A DNA stretch of 64,000 bases from Dicyema japonicum (taxonomy: Eukaryota; Animalia; Dicyemida). Numbering within the stretch: the stretch's first letter is position 1; every line of letters begins with the position of its first letter. A model generated the notes under the pieces. It did no database searches and was not told where the DNA came from. It worked only from the letters and a program-made list of their open reading frames with translations. The position numbers were made by a program, and so were the translations under genes. This document shows positions 23,680 to 36,490 of this stretch, in pieces. The DNA lies in assembly GCA_011109175.1 (NCBI GenBank), contig RDEW01000086.1:49881-113880 (forward strand), written 5' to 3'.

Positions 23680-24886
23680 TGCCACTTTCAACATGGTTTC
23701 AAATGTGAGCGTTCAACTACGACACATTTGACTTCACTGTCTCAATTTATATCAGAAGGGTTCAACGTACCGAAACGCCATCTACGTACAATAATGGTTT
23801 CCCTGGATATCCAGAAGGCGTTCGATTCTGTCTCGAGAATATTACTCACGAAGAAGGTTTTTGACACCACCATTCAGACGGATTTGAAAAGATGGATAGC
23901 CAATTTTCTCTCCGGAAGAAGAGGACGTGTCTGTATAGGCCACGCAAGATCGAGGTCCCGTCTCCTACCAAATGGCGTCCCTCAAGGATCGCCCCTCTCT
24001 CCGGCATTATTCAACTTGTTCCTCAACGATTTACCCTGCCCTGGAGGACCAGATTCAATGCTTCTCACTTATGCTGACGACCTAATCATCGCTAGCAGGA
24101 ACAAATACGTGGGTACAGCAAAATCAGAGCTCAGTTACATATTGACGACCTGGGAGCCTGGTTGAAGATGAATCGTCTCTCCGTATCCAGGGACAAATCA
24201 ACATATACAATTTTCACCACGGACAGAAAAGAAAAACATACACTTGATTTGAACATTTTTGGAGACTCCTTACCACTACAGACTCGTACAACTATCCTGG
24301 GAGTGACATTTGACCCTTTGATGTCATTTTCTCAACATGTGAAGAACGTTATGACAAAGGGTCTCAGGAAACTTAATATTATCAAACCGCTCTTGAAGTC
24401 CAAACCTTCACAGGAATGCGCCCTCGTCGTGTTCAATCAACTCCTAAAACCGACGATTGAGTACGCCTGTGCCTCATGGGCCTATGGAGCTTCGATAGCA
24501 AATTCACTCAAGATCAATACCCTAATTGGAAAACTAGCACGTCAAACAAATCTACCCCCCGATCTTTTCCCTCCAATGCTTGACCACGCCGCAATCAAAA
24601 TGGCTCCGGCTTCATCTGTCTGTGTGGCCAAGAAACAAGTCGTTTCTTCCATTCAAGGCTGAAGGCTTCAAATACACGAAATTTGGGGAAAAACCCCACT
24701 CCTCTTCAAACCCTAATGAAAGATGATCGTCGTTTATTCAGGAAAGCCGTGGGTACTCTGGAGGAACACAGGAAAAACCTCTCGATCCTGTTGAGGCGTA
24801 CCGGGATCACTTAATTAGTTGGATTACTCCTTCTTTCTTGGTGTTCCCTTTTCGGGTTATTAAATAAATAAATAAATAATAATAAA
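23680..24886 (+). mobile_element. 5'-truncated I-group LINE insertion (RT domain) with TSD
   Basis: LDIQKAFDSV, GVPQGSPLSP, YADD and EYACASW motifs. (TAAA)n tail; 10-bp TSD TATATTAATC at 23670-23679 and 24887-24896. Confidence 0.9.
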
Positions 24887-24949
24887 TATATTAATCGCAT
24901 GCGTATACCTCGTTCTTGTGGTTGACAGCTTGTGTGTATTTTACTGTAT

Positions 24950-25295
24950 ACGAGTTCCCTTGGAGTATGGCTATTCCAATCTTTTGTCTTAGACATAAGC
25001 TCTCTCGTTGATCCTTTTTTTTCTGGCAAGCAATCCTCCGAGTTCTCGCAGGAACTCAGCCGTCATTGGACCAACGGCTCCCGATGATTCGGTCGCAACA
25101 GAGTAAATCGGTAGCGATCCCGAGGCAAGAATATTTCTTGATTTTTAGGTTCTCCGCAGTTGAAGCAGCTGTTCCAGGTATCTGAACCGATTTGAAAATA
25201 TTCGTGCTTGAGAACGTGTCTACACAAGTTGCTTCCCAGACCAAAGATCTTCCAGACGTGAAGGGGAAAAGGGTCATCTCGTCAGGTCTCTTTCC
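24950..25295 (-). mobile_element. Internal CRE endonuclease fragment flanked by a 12-bp direct repeat
   Basis: Near-identical to 33335-33665 (RPD..WEATCVDT..AENLKIKKY). ATTTTACTGTAT at 24938-24949 and 25296-25307. Confidence 0.85.
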
Positions 25296-25309
25296 ATTTT
25301 ACTGTATTC

Positions 25310-26760
25310 GTCTGTTGTATTGTCATACATTATATAATTGGATTCATCAAATAGTGTTGAAGGCTGTTGTCAAAATGTCTAATATATATTTTATATTTTG
25401 TTAACCTATGAATATGGATTTTTTCACTATTTGATTTCTCCCTATTATATTCTTTTGGCTATATTTCTTTTCAGTCTGTTTGTTCGAATTGTTATGGTCT
25501 GCATCATGTCAAGAATATTTTCAGTATTCCAATTATTAGTAAGGCACTTTCACGAAAGCAACATGTTATAGTACGCATGGGAACACTCAAAACAATATTA
25601 GAGTAAAAAATATTTAGAGTTAATCTCCTCTGTCGAATGCAATCGATCTTAATTTGTCTGCTTGTCCGCAGTTTGAGCTTTTTTTACCTGGTTTATATCA
25701 GTAATCCAATAAAATATATAATTCGAAGAGAAAAATAACATTTACTTCATTTTTTTGAACTATATTGAATCTTCACTATCGATTTTTATTGTTTGAGCAT
25801 TGTTTTCGTTACATAACCTATTTCATCTTTATCCTGGCTACCTTTTTGATTTTATACAAATTATCATCGACGATATTTCTGCACTAAAAATATATTCATA
25901 CTCTTTATAAAGGAGATAACCTTTGATTGTAATCAGCTACAAAGTCTGCCGCGTCTTGCCCGGGTTACCATCTAGTGCTGGTAACATTTCACCTTTCAAA
26001 TGACATGTCACCTCCTGTCATTCAATCAATATTAATTGGTTTTGAATCAAAGAATATATTTTTTTTAAAGCTATATTTAATTGACTCGACTCATGTTGAC
26101 TATTTTAAATTAACCTGAACGTGCCCTTAACCTGAACGTTAATCTGTGATAAAAAATAAAATAAACATCGATTTGATGTTTGACAAAAATTGAGTAGTTT
26201 TACTTATCTCTTCATATGGAGATTCAAATCTGTTCAACTTTAGCCATGGATTCGTCCCGTAATCATTTAAAACGCGTATTTAAATTCATTAACTTGCATT
26301 TGAAAAATCATCCTTTTGATTACATAAATTCCTGAAAATTTTTTTTCTGCATCTGAGGATTTTATCAATTATAATATTTAATTCCTGATTTTCATTAACT
26401 ACATTTTTACCTGAAATAGAAAAATAATTGAATAAATTTTCTTCAGGTATGTGTGTTTTTTGATCGAATGTGTGTCAGGTGTTTTTTGAAGTTCTTAATA
26501 ATACTCTAGACATCGGTTTTGTAACACTTTTAGTTAATACTGAATTCCATATTTCATAACGTTAGCCTTTTATGTATATGATGATTACATTTTTGACATC
26601 CAAGATATTGATGGCCCTAAAATTATTTTATGGAGTTATGGCTACTGGTTCCTGGATGTTCTTTTTCTTTGAATTTTTTAAACAGTTTGATTGTATCGTT
26701 AAATTAATTATAAATTCTTAACAATTCTGAAATATGAATATTCTTGAATTCGGTCTGTTA
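25310..26760 (-). repeat. Composite repeat, SANT/GATA-like part, copy 2 (left part at 23500-23679 and 24897-24949)
   Basis: Colinear with 16485-17560 and 54720-55460. Confidence 0.75.
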
Positions 26761-27124
26761 TCCCATTGAAAACTTATGTCTCAAATGTGTTCCTCCTCGT
26801 AGCAGGCACAGCATGTTCAACCGCTGACTGTGAAGAAATGTCCGCTCCCGTGTGAAAAGCAACCCTGCCATCGATCCCCATATTCACTCGGAAAGCCAGG
26901 AGGACCGAGTCGCGAACGACCAGCCTGAGTTTTTCCAACCCTTTGACATCTCTAAAATAAATTCCAATAGAAGGCTTATTTGAGAAGAGTACTGAACCAC
27001 GCGTGAGACATCCTCATATTCGTCAATTCCTTAATGTTTATATTTATTTCTCTCAGGACGAATAATAATTCTTATGGATAAAATCATTTATAACATAATG
27101 AACGCAAATCATTGTCTCCATAAG

Positions 27125-27749
27125 ATATTATTTTAATCTTTATCGATATGTGTGAAAGAACCACATGTCTATATGGAGCATATTTTAATGAATGTCTATA
27201 TGGAGAATTTTTTAAAGAATGGACCTTTTGTAATTGTAAATTCTATGCACGTTCTAATGGATTTATGTGCCAGGCAGGTTTTTAGTACATTGAAAAATAG
27301 ATTCTATACCTACTGAAAAAAATAGTGAACCCAAATTTAATAATCCGCCAACAACTAGCATGACTACTCAGAACCCCAAAGTAGTAGTGACCGACAATTC
27401 GTCAACGAATTCTAACGAAATTAAGAATAAATCCGAAGCGACCACACCGAGTCATATTACTGTGACTACCTTAAAATCTACTATTATGGAATTGTCCATA
27501 AATTCGACTTCAAATTTTGGAAATTCTTTAAGTACGGAAATTCAAAACACAGAATCAGAATGTCTAAAAAGTGTATCAAATTATATTGGTTATTTTATAT
27601 TATTAAATTTTCAGGAATCATTACTGGATTTCTTTGTGGAGCTTTAGTTTGTGTCGCCATCTCGATGTATTTTTTATTTAACACAGTTTAGAAAATACAA
27701 ATTCTATTCCGAAACTGATAGATTATTCAAAATTTATAATCATCAATAA
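27125..27749 (+). CDS. Single-pass membrane protein: EGF-like domain, Ser/Thr-rich stalk, TM, short tail (true start uncertain)
   Basis: Introns 27278-27300 (23 nt), 27589-27614 (26 nt) and 27667-27691 (25 nt) give an open 175-aa frame from ATG27148. It reads CERTTC..C..CNC..GFMC, T/S-rich stalk, GIITGFLCGALVCVAISI, KYKFYSETDRLFKIYNHQ*. AATAAA overlaps the stop. Confidence 0.75.
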
Positions 27750-27871
27750 ACTTTATTTTAAAAGTTTACGAGTTATTTTGGATTTAAGGGTTGTTATTGG
27801 TTCCTAAAATATAAGCGAAATATAGTTACAAAAAAGGACGAGTCTGTAAGTAATTCTCTTCTGAGGATATT

Positions 27872-28112
27872 GTATAGCAGCTAAGTTCGCTTTGTTTGCA
27901 GCTTGTTAGTTTTTGCAGTATACTTGATACCATTAACCTTTAGCTAAATTCAATTTTGATTCACAAAATAACATTTAGTAGTCATTTTCCACCGTATAGC
28001 AGCTCAGTTCGCTTTGTTTGCAGCTTGTTAGTTTTTGCAGTGTACTTGATACCATTAACCTTTAGCTAAATTCAATTTTGATTCACAAAATAACATTTAG
28101 TAGTCATTTTCC
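27872..28112. repeat. About 122-bp tandem duplication
   Basis: Two near-identical adjacent copies starting GTATAGCAGCT. Confidence 0.85.
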
Positions 28113-28159
28113 ATTTCAAATTTTTTATAAGTTCATGACCTGATTTAACTTTAATGAAC

Positions 28160-28760
28160 TATATATCAAATTAAAGCAAAGAGGGTATTTTCGATTATTC
28201 TATTAACAAAAGTCCTTTCAAAGCTTTGAGTCTTCTCCTGCAACCACAGACCCCTCATAGGATTCATTTTTTGCTGCGATGTATGGGGCAAGGATCGAAT
28301 TTCTTTATTTGCTATTGTTTTCTCTGTTATTTGTCTGATTGACACTAATAACATGTTTTCATACTTAACTAAAGTTTTGTGGAGCTCCGCGCAAGACATT
28401 CTTGATCCCTCCTCATCTAAACTTTTGTTATAAAATTTTTGTTGTTGAGCACAAAAATTTCAGCAAATAGAAAAGTCTGAAAGAAATAAAAACTGGATTA
28501 CCTAATCGATTTGGAAAATATTACTTATACTTTATTTCATAAAATTAATTTCAATAAAGTCAGAAAAGTCTACAAAAACAGATATTTTAAAAATTGCCTC
28601 ACGAACAAAGGAAATTTAAGAAATACACGGCTCCTGGAGATTGTTTCCCAATTCTTTGAGCGAATCTAGCTCGCCATCCTGGGGGAGAATAGCCACGCAG
28701 TCAGGACAGCAGATATGTGACCATTCTCTTACTTTTTTACTTAAATTATTTTCCATGCAC
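28160..28760 (-). mobile_element. pogo/Tigger-like relic
   Basis: FSPGWRARF resembles the CENP-B HTH FSxGWLxRF motif; the rest is degraded. Confidence 0.35.
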
Positions 28761-29744
28761 AAAAAATCAAAAATTTAAAGAATCCAACAAGAATGTTAAT
28801 TGTGTTATTAATGAGTTTATCTAAATCCAGACACATTCCTTAATGTGCATAAAGTAATCCTTATCGAATTCGATATATTATTATTGTAAACACTCCCGAT
28901 GAGTCAAAAAAGTTAATTAAGCTATTCTTGTGTCACGTTCATAACAAATTCGTAGTCAAGGTCTTCTCTGTTCTCGAGATTCAATATGACATTTTTCAGT
29001 TCCTAATCATATTAAATGTTATTGTACTTCTGGATTTTCCACGAAATTCTCCTTCGATTCTCCTTGTCTGATCGAGACCATGACATAACTTACTTGATAA
29101 TGTCAAACAACGGTGGATACTGTAAATCTAAAGCTAAAAGCTTATAAAAGCGCAATTACTAGGATTAGTTGACTCTGAATAAATTTACTGATCACAAGGA
29201 GTATCGTTGACATATCAATTAGATGTTCGCCCCATCAATTATTTATCGTTAAATAGTGGCTTACAGTGGTTACAGCGAGTAGCCGAGAATCAGGGATCAG
29301 TTCTGGAATGGAAGCATGGAAATTGGCTGACAGATCTATGGAATACTACAGGTGTAAAAATTATCAACTTTTGGGGTAAAGAGAGTGTGATAATAAATAA
29401 CGGATCAAGGCATTCTTTCAGAGATTGTAGTGAAATAATTACAAAAACATTAATGAAGGCATTTGGGGGCAAGTCTGTTGCCAGCAGCGCAGCAGTCAAG
29501 TTCCAATACTGTATGCTAAAGTTGCTACAGTTGAAAAGCTCGTAGTTGGATCTCGGTTTGCTTGTGTGTCATAAAAAACCGGAAAATACGAAATAGGATC
29601 CGCTTGGTAATTTTTTGAACTTTCCACAATAATTAAATAAAAGCACAGCCTTCACGGCAATGTAGGTAATGTTTCTATTACCAAAACCTACATTAGACAA
29701 AACTCACACTTTAATTTAAGAACAGTAGTTTATTGATTATTAAT

Positions 29745-30032
29745 TAAAGTATTCCAAAGACCGAGAATAAAACGAAACTAATTCCTTGATCCTGACGCGT
29801 TCCAGATTACCGTCACCGAAGCATAGTGATTCAGAGGACGTTGTCCGATGAGTTGATGTCCATTCCATGACTGGTTGGCAGAGAGCGAAATTATCTTCCG
29901 GTGGAATGAACAGATTAATCCTTTTGAATGGCGGCCAAGCATTGCGCGTCTCCTGAGTACGAGGATCCAATAACGCCACCAGAGAGAAGGAAGATATATC
30001 TTCAATAAAATAGTCACATGGCACCACGCGGC
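29745..30032 (-). mobile_element. Structured SINE-like element, copy C
   Basis: Head CCGCGTGGTGCCAT, core at 29910-29978, tail GGATCAAGGAATTAGTT. Confidence 0.7.
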
Positions 30033-30162
30033 CGAGTTCTCACAAAAATACGAATGTTATAAACTTTAAATTTGAAAAGTTGAAATATTACGTTATATAA
30101 ATTATTTTGTTTAATTTAATTATAATTTACTTTTAAAAATTATTTATATTGAAGAATTTTCC

Positions 30163-30535
30163 CCGCGTGACGCAAAGTGGTGTACATGGATGACTGGTTG
30201 AAGATTTATGTTTTTTGTCTGTATTTCCTCTTCCCCTTTATACTCAATTATAGGGTTAATAATACTATAGCGGCGTCACATGATCCACCTGTTTCAGGTG
30301 CCGCCCAGTGCAAGACTGGCACGAAAAAGGATGAGTTACTCTACTCCATTCTACTGAAGGGGTTTTCACAATTGCAAGGAATGGACGTCTTTTAACTTTT
30401 ATGCCAGCTCCGGATGAAGTGTGACGTCGAATAACTATTATCTCGTAACATGGAAACTGGATACATTGAAATTGTTTATTACTGTTAACTTCTTTCTAGA
30501 AAGTATTTGTGGTTAATAAATAAATGGCAACCCTA
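30163..30535 (+). mobile_element. Structured SINE-like element, copy D (head-to-head with copy C)
   Basis: Head CCGCGTGACGC, core at 30272-30335, ends GGTTAATAAATAAAT; colinear with copy A. Confidence 0.7.
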
Positions 30536-31639
30536 TCAGTATTATAACATGTTTTGTATCGCCTTTGACCTTGTTGTCTTCTTTTTCACTTTTTTCAAAT
30601 TTTTCATATATCGATTTATATTCGAATATAAATTATTAACCAATAATGTAGAAATGCTTATATCAAAATATTGTAATTAATATTTAGTTAACAAATAAGC
30701 ATATACCTGCACTATATTGATTATTTTTACTTTTGAAACAGAAAATAATATTGAGTGCTAGTGAACCAGATAATTTTGAATGTAATATTGATTATTTTTA
30801 TTTTTAGGCAATTTATATGGAATCTTCTGCCTATGTTTTCTGTTTCCCGTGAAATTGATTTAAGTTTTTCAATTTGGACGTAAAATTCTTCCTTGCATTT
30901 TCCATTTATTAAAATTTCGATTTTTGGAATTTGTTTTCTGAGCGCATAGGTTTGATGTATGGTGATTGTTTTAATTCACACGTGGATTTTATGCGACTTC
31001 CATTATAAAGTTTTAATGAAACATAAAATATATATTCAACGTCATTAAAAATGTGCATCCCTACCTTAAATCTGAGAAAACAAAAGGGAGCGATACCAAA
31101 AGTTATTGGAATGTCAAAAATAAACTACCAACTACATAAAGGAAATTACAACTAATTATCAACTATTTTAAGTCTTTTCGAGTGAATTTTCTTATTAGAA
31201 CCACTGTCTTTAACATTGGAGAACTATTGGACAATTTGCTGTAATACACACTTTCTTTTTCTTTGAGTAATTAGAATGAATCAATCCAATTGTTGTTAAA
31301 TATATTTTTATCTTTCCATTGATTATTTTATAATACGGAAAATTCAAATTTTACTTCGATTTTTATTTCCGTAACTGTATTATGTCAGATTTTTATTTCA
31401 GTGACTGTATCATTTATGTGGATGAGTGAGATGTCTGTACGAAAAGAGGGCCTTAGATTGTATTTTATTCATCATTTCTCATTATTCGAAACTATCATTT
31501 TTGATTATTTTTTTGAAACAATTTTATTGGAGTAGATTATTCTTTGACTCTGGGGATTGTTTTGTTTTGCATAATTTTTAATCTCCGAGTATCTTTAATC
31601 TTTATATAATTTAGAAATATGAATGTTCGAAGAGTTACA

Positions 31640-31880
31640 CCAGACAGAGTCTACAACGTCCGAAGATAAGAGAACTCAAATCCGTAAGAAAGATGGAAAA
31701 TTTTGACTATTTCAGGCGTCCTAGAAGCGCAGAACTTCTGCATGCGGTCACGCTTGATGGAATTGAATGTATTGGAGATATCTAGCTTCACAAGAATTTT
31801 TGCGCTCTCTTGGATTACAGGAGGAGGCTTGAATGGCGGCCTCACATCCATGAAGGACACCAACACACATCTCCTCACTA
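31640..31880 (-). mobile_element. CRE-clade RT fragment
   Basis: LVKLDISNTFNSIKR motif. Confidence 0.7.
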
Positions 31881-32099
31881 AAACAGTTACATAAAAGTCT
31901 CACTGAAATCTTTGATGCAAATCATCTGTCACATCCATGAAGGACATCAACACACATCTCTTCACTAAGACGGTTACATAAAAGTCTCACTGAAATCTTT
32001 GATGCAAATCATCTGAAAAATTCCAAGACAATTGTAGAAATACCATCTATATTTTAAATAGTTTAATTTTTTAATTGACTGTTTAATTTTTTTATTAAT

Positions 32100-33700
32100 A
32101 AAAAAATATTTGTGGTGTGATGTGATCAACGAAAATCTCAGATGGAAAAAAAAGAGCGAAAAAAAGACGAAGTACGAGGAACAAAGCCAGTACGGACAAA
32201 TCAGGTATGTTTCTTATGTGGACAATCGAATATCAGGAAATTTGGATTTAAATACACGTCATGTGAATCATTCGTCCATTTGGGCTGCATAAAAATGAGT
32301 AAAGCCTGCGCCGAGACGCTGTCGAGTTGGCTGTGCCCTTTTTGTATTGGAATGGAGGCCCCCAGGCGGGAAAAAATAGCTCAGCCAAACTTTGCACTGC
32401 CACATACAGACCACACTCTCTTGAAGATCTCGAACCTCCGGAAAGCCATGAAGATCCCATTAAAAATCCCTAAAAGAATACGAATTGTCGCAGCAACGTG
32501 TCTTTCAGATGCCATTGATCACGCACTATCCTATGACAGTTGGGACTCCTGGCTAAAACTTATATGCTTTGCACCTGTCGCACTCGGAATACCTACAAAG
32601 GATCTGAAGACAATAATAAAGAAACAAACTCCCGACTCAACTTATCCGGGAAACTGAAACGAAACATAATGAATTTTAGCTGTCATAACATACACGCAAT
32701 ACTTGAACAGCCACTTAATGTCAATGAGGTCGAAACCAGAGGAGCATACACCAAAGATGCCCCCAACAAACTAAAGGAAAGAGTAAACCGGAAACTTCTG
32801 GAGGGTGACGTGCAGGCAGCCTTACGGGTTATCACGTCCGATGACACAGTATTGTCTTGTACCCCGAGGTCCTAAATACCTTAATACTGAAGCACCCAGA
32901 TGCACCGACTGACTATGAAAAGTTTTTGAATCCTGAAGGAACCCCAGAGATAATCATTACCGAATCCGAAGTGCGCCACGGAATAACTTCCTTCGCCGCT
33001 AGCAGCGGTGGAGGCTTGGAAGGACTACGTCCTTACCATATTAAGGAGGTAGTGGAGCATGGCTTGGTGCAATACCTTGCCCAAATTTCGGGACCTTTTT
33101 AAACGACGATTCTTTGAGGATTGGAATCGGACAAAGGCTGGGACTAGACGTTTGCCAGGAGCATCGATGTCGATACGGGAAAACAGTCGATGCAAAGGGA
33201 TGGCACCCGCTGTCCTGCAGAAGAAGCGCCGGAAGGGGACCACGTCATGCTGCTCTGAACGATGTGATCGTCAGAGCTCTGAAGGCTACAGGCTTCCCAG
33301 CACAGCTTGAACCAGTGGGTCATGATCGAGGAGATGGAAAGAGACCTGACGGGATGACCCTTTTCCCCTTCACGTCTGAAGAGCTTTGGTCTGGGACGCA
33401 ACTTGTGTAGACACGTTCTCAAGCACGAATATTTTCAAATCGGTTCAGACACCTGGAGCAGCTGCTTCGACTGCGGAGAACCTAAAAATCAAGAAATATT
33501 CTTGCCTCGGGGATCCCTATCGAGTTCTCCTGTTGCGACCGAATCATCGGGAGCCGTTGGTCCAATGAGAACTCGGAGGATTGCTTGCTAGAAAGAAAAG
33601 GGATCAACGAGAAGGGTTATAGCTAAGACAAAAGATTGAAATGGATATACTCCGAGGGAACTCGTTCGCAATCCACGCAGCAGGCTTTCTCAACTGACAT
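32100..33700 (+). mobile_element. CRE-clade non-LTR retrotransposon with N-terminal PHD finger and deleted RT core
   Basis: PHD (CFLC..HLGC..WLCPFC), pre-RT IPKRIRIVAA..L, CCHC knuckle (CRYG..HPLSC), RHAALND, and PD-(D/E)xK endonuclease GKRPDG..WDATCVDT..K.KKY. It jumps from GLRPYHIKE directly to the post-RT region at about 33050. Confidence 0.85.
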
Positions 33701-36234
33701 TTGTTTAATTGATAATGTAACTCAATAAAAATTCTCTAAAAAAATTTATAAATTGACTTGAATTTTAAATAAAATTTCTACAAAGTTGATATAATAATTT
33801 TTTATTAAATTCTGAAATCTGCAATTTTTTCATTTTGTCACAAAAAATTGCCGGAACCAAAAAATGTCAGATGTAAGAGAGTATACTTTATTAAAAAAGG
33901 TAATCAAAACTTGATTAAAATATAGAATTTCCAGTAAAAACTTTCGAAAACTTTTTCAGTTAAAAATTTCGGTTTTGGTAATAAGATTTAGAAGTCAAGT
34001 TAAATACAAATTCCAATACTTGTTCAGCAATATCATGCATTTGTGATTTAACATATAATCTATATCGATTTCTTCGATTAAACCAAAAATTTAATACAAA
34101 TACAGGTTGCTTTACCACAAAGAATGATAGATGATTACCATTTAAAGTAGACCGATCGAAGAGCTACCTGAGTACCCACTTCTTTTGAGAATTCAATTGA
34201 AGACCATAAGCCCAAAAGGGACTTCGAAAAGTTATACATATGAGGTAAAGATGATTGTCTCTCCCGGTACCAAAACTAGTCCTATTTTGGTCCTTTAATA
34301 CAAGAACTCTGATTTTCAGTTCATTTGAGGCTATTGTAAGGAAAACAGGCACAAAGTTTATCTTACAATAGCATACGCTTATAATACCAGCATACAAGAA
34401 TGCGATAATCCCGAGAGAAATACAGAGTTAAGATGAAGGGGCTATTGAGAGAAAACAGGATCACCTACTATCTCAATTCAGAAAGATAGCTCTTTCTAAA
34501 ATCTCAGTTATGAGAAATCCCCCGGGGAATGATTCATTTCAATATAAAAGAACCTGACACTAAGCGCCTACTGAGACATCGGGAACACGTGAGATTTCAA
34601 TAATTTAGATAAGAAATCTCACTTTTCTACTGCAGACAGTAATCCATCAGCTTTAGACATATCATCTTCAAAGCTCTTTCAATATTGAGCTGGTAGAGAT
34701 TCAAATTAGGATCATATGTGTACCCGACGAATTTTTGTTGAGAACTTAGGATTTGTGATGTCTTCTGAATTTGTCAGCCTTTCCATGCTCTCGAAAAGTA
34801 AAACATCAGTTTCCATTTATCATCAAACAAACAGTTAACAACTACAAGAAGTTACTTTCAGTCACAGTTGGATTTTTTAGATTTCCATTTCAACTAGTTC
34901 TTCATCAGTAGGTACGGGATAGATTCAAGCACTTCTTCAAATAAAACGTTTTGAAAAGTCGTTTGTTTCTCATACATATATTAAGCGGGGTCATAGGAAA
35001 TCTTGGAGTAGTCCATAAACTCGCTAGGCCTCATTCACTCACTGCAAGAGATAACCAATATAATTATATGCCTATTCCAAATTGACGGACAAGGATTTTT
35101 CCTGGAACGACGGCATAATTTGCAAGCGGCATAGTAATCTAGTGTGATATAGAATGGGGTACCTTAACTGGCCAATATTTGTATTCATTCGCCAAATTGA
35201 CTAATTTGTGGGAAATATATGTACCATTTCAATTTGGCGATTAGCTCCTCTTCAGTTGATTACATTATAAAAAGTAATCAATTTTTCAATATATTTATTT
35301 TATAAAAACTACCAAAATCAAAAAATGAACTAAAAATATACTTCAATGAAAATAAATGAGCACTAATCCATTGTAAATTTGTATCCTTCAAGACCTTCTC
35401 TTTTTGGAAGAAGAGTTGTTGACAACCACTCCACCTCCGTTTCCTTTTCATTTGATCAATCGTGGCCAAACTGAGTGATCGATTCCACCCGGTGATTTGA
35501 TACAGACATGAACTCCTACTACCTAGGTTTCCCCTATATTTATGATCAGTCAATATTCTTTCCGGCGTCTTTCATCACAACAGATTGAATATTCCTCATG
35601 TTGACGCATCTATTGAAATATCTCCAATATAAGTCTTAAAGCATCTGGAAATCAAGGCAAGAGGAATGAATAGCAAAGTAATAAAATGCCAAAATTGTGT
35701 ATGTTTGTGTTTCCATCTTCTGTCCAATTTCCTAAAATGAAATAAAAATTATTAATTTCACAAATTTGCATTTAAAACGTGACTAACTTTCCTTATGAGT
35801 TGATGGAAAATTCATTAGGAAATTTTATAACAATCTTTTCAATGTCCTTGATTAAACGCGGCAGCACATTAGGTTAGGTAAAATGATTTCGTTCCTATTG
35901 GGATAAGATTTCTGGGCTTGTGGGGGAGATGACGACGCCTTTTTCTCCAATCTCGGACGAAGTCTATCTTCGAAGAAATGCGAACCCTGCGAAGGACTTT
36001 TGTTGAGGCAGAGGTTCAAATTTGCGGTGATCACAAGGAATGATTAAACATCACTCTCCTTTTAAGTAAAAGAAATTTAATTAAAATAAGTTTTTTTAGG
36101 AAAAAATATTTATTATTTAAATAAATTGTTTTCGTGGTGTTGTACATTTCCGCTTCTAATCGTTTTGGTTCAATAAATTTTTTTTTTATTAAAATAATTT
36201 CATTAAGAAAGAAAAGAAAGTAAATTGTCATATA

Positions 36235-36490
36235 ATGGCTGGCCTGACTGCGCGGCTTAAGGGTTTCCTAATCGTGTAGCGATCCGATCCCTAGACGACT
36301 CAAAAATTCCAGCGTCGCAGGCGCTAGAGAACCAGAGGTCTCAACTTGAGTGGAACAAATAAAAATCCTTTGATAGGACCGCGTACTTTTCCGGCTTAAA
36401 CCTCACGGTCTACTCAGCGTCAGAACAGGTTTCAGAGGCATTCTAGAGTAGGTTGCAAGGGGTTAACGTGTTGGTGCAGGTGACGTCCCA
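36235..36490 (-). mobile_element. CRE endonuclease C-terminal fragment
   Basis: DVTCTNTL..AE..K.EKY..DRIATRLGNP. Confidence 0.65.

Noticed and set aside
25945-25976. Helitron-like 3' end (GC-rich stretch then CTAG-T)
   Set aside because: The homologous copy at 5375-5410 lacks CTAG, the sequence continues through it, and no matching 5' TC end was found.
30540-31640. AT-rich region with intron-shaped segments and an about 85-codon Met-less frame
   Set aside because: No coherent spliced ORF or domain motif could be assembled.
33840-34150. Possible tiny-intron gene (26-nt GT-AG at 33900-33925)
   Set aside because: All tested phases hit stops within a few to a dozen codons; unsupported.
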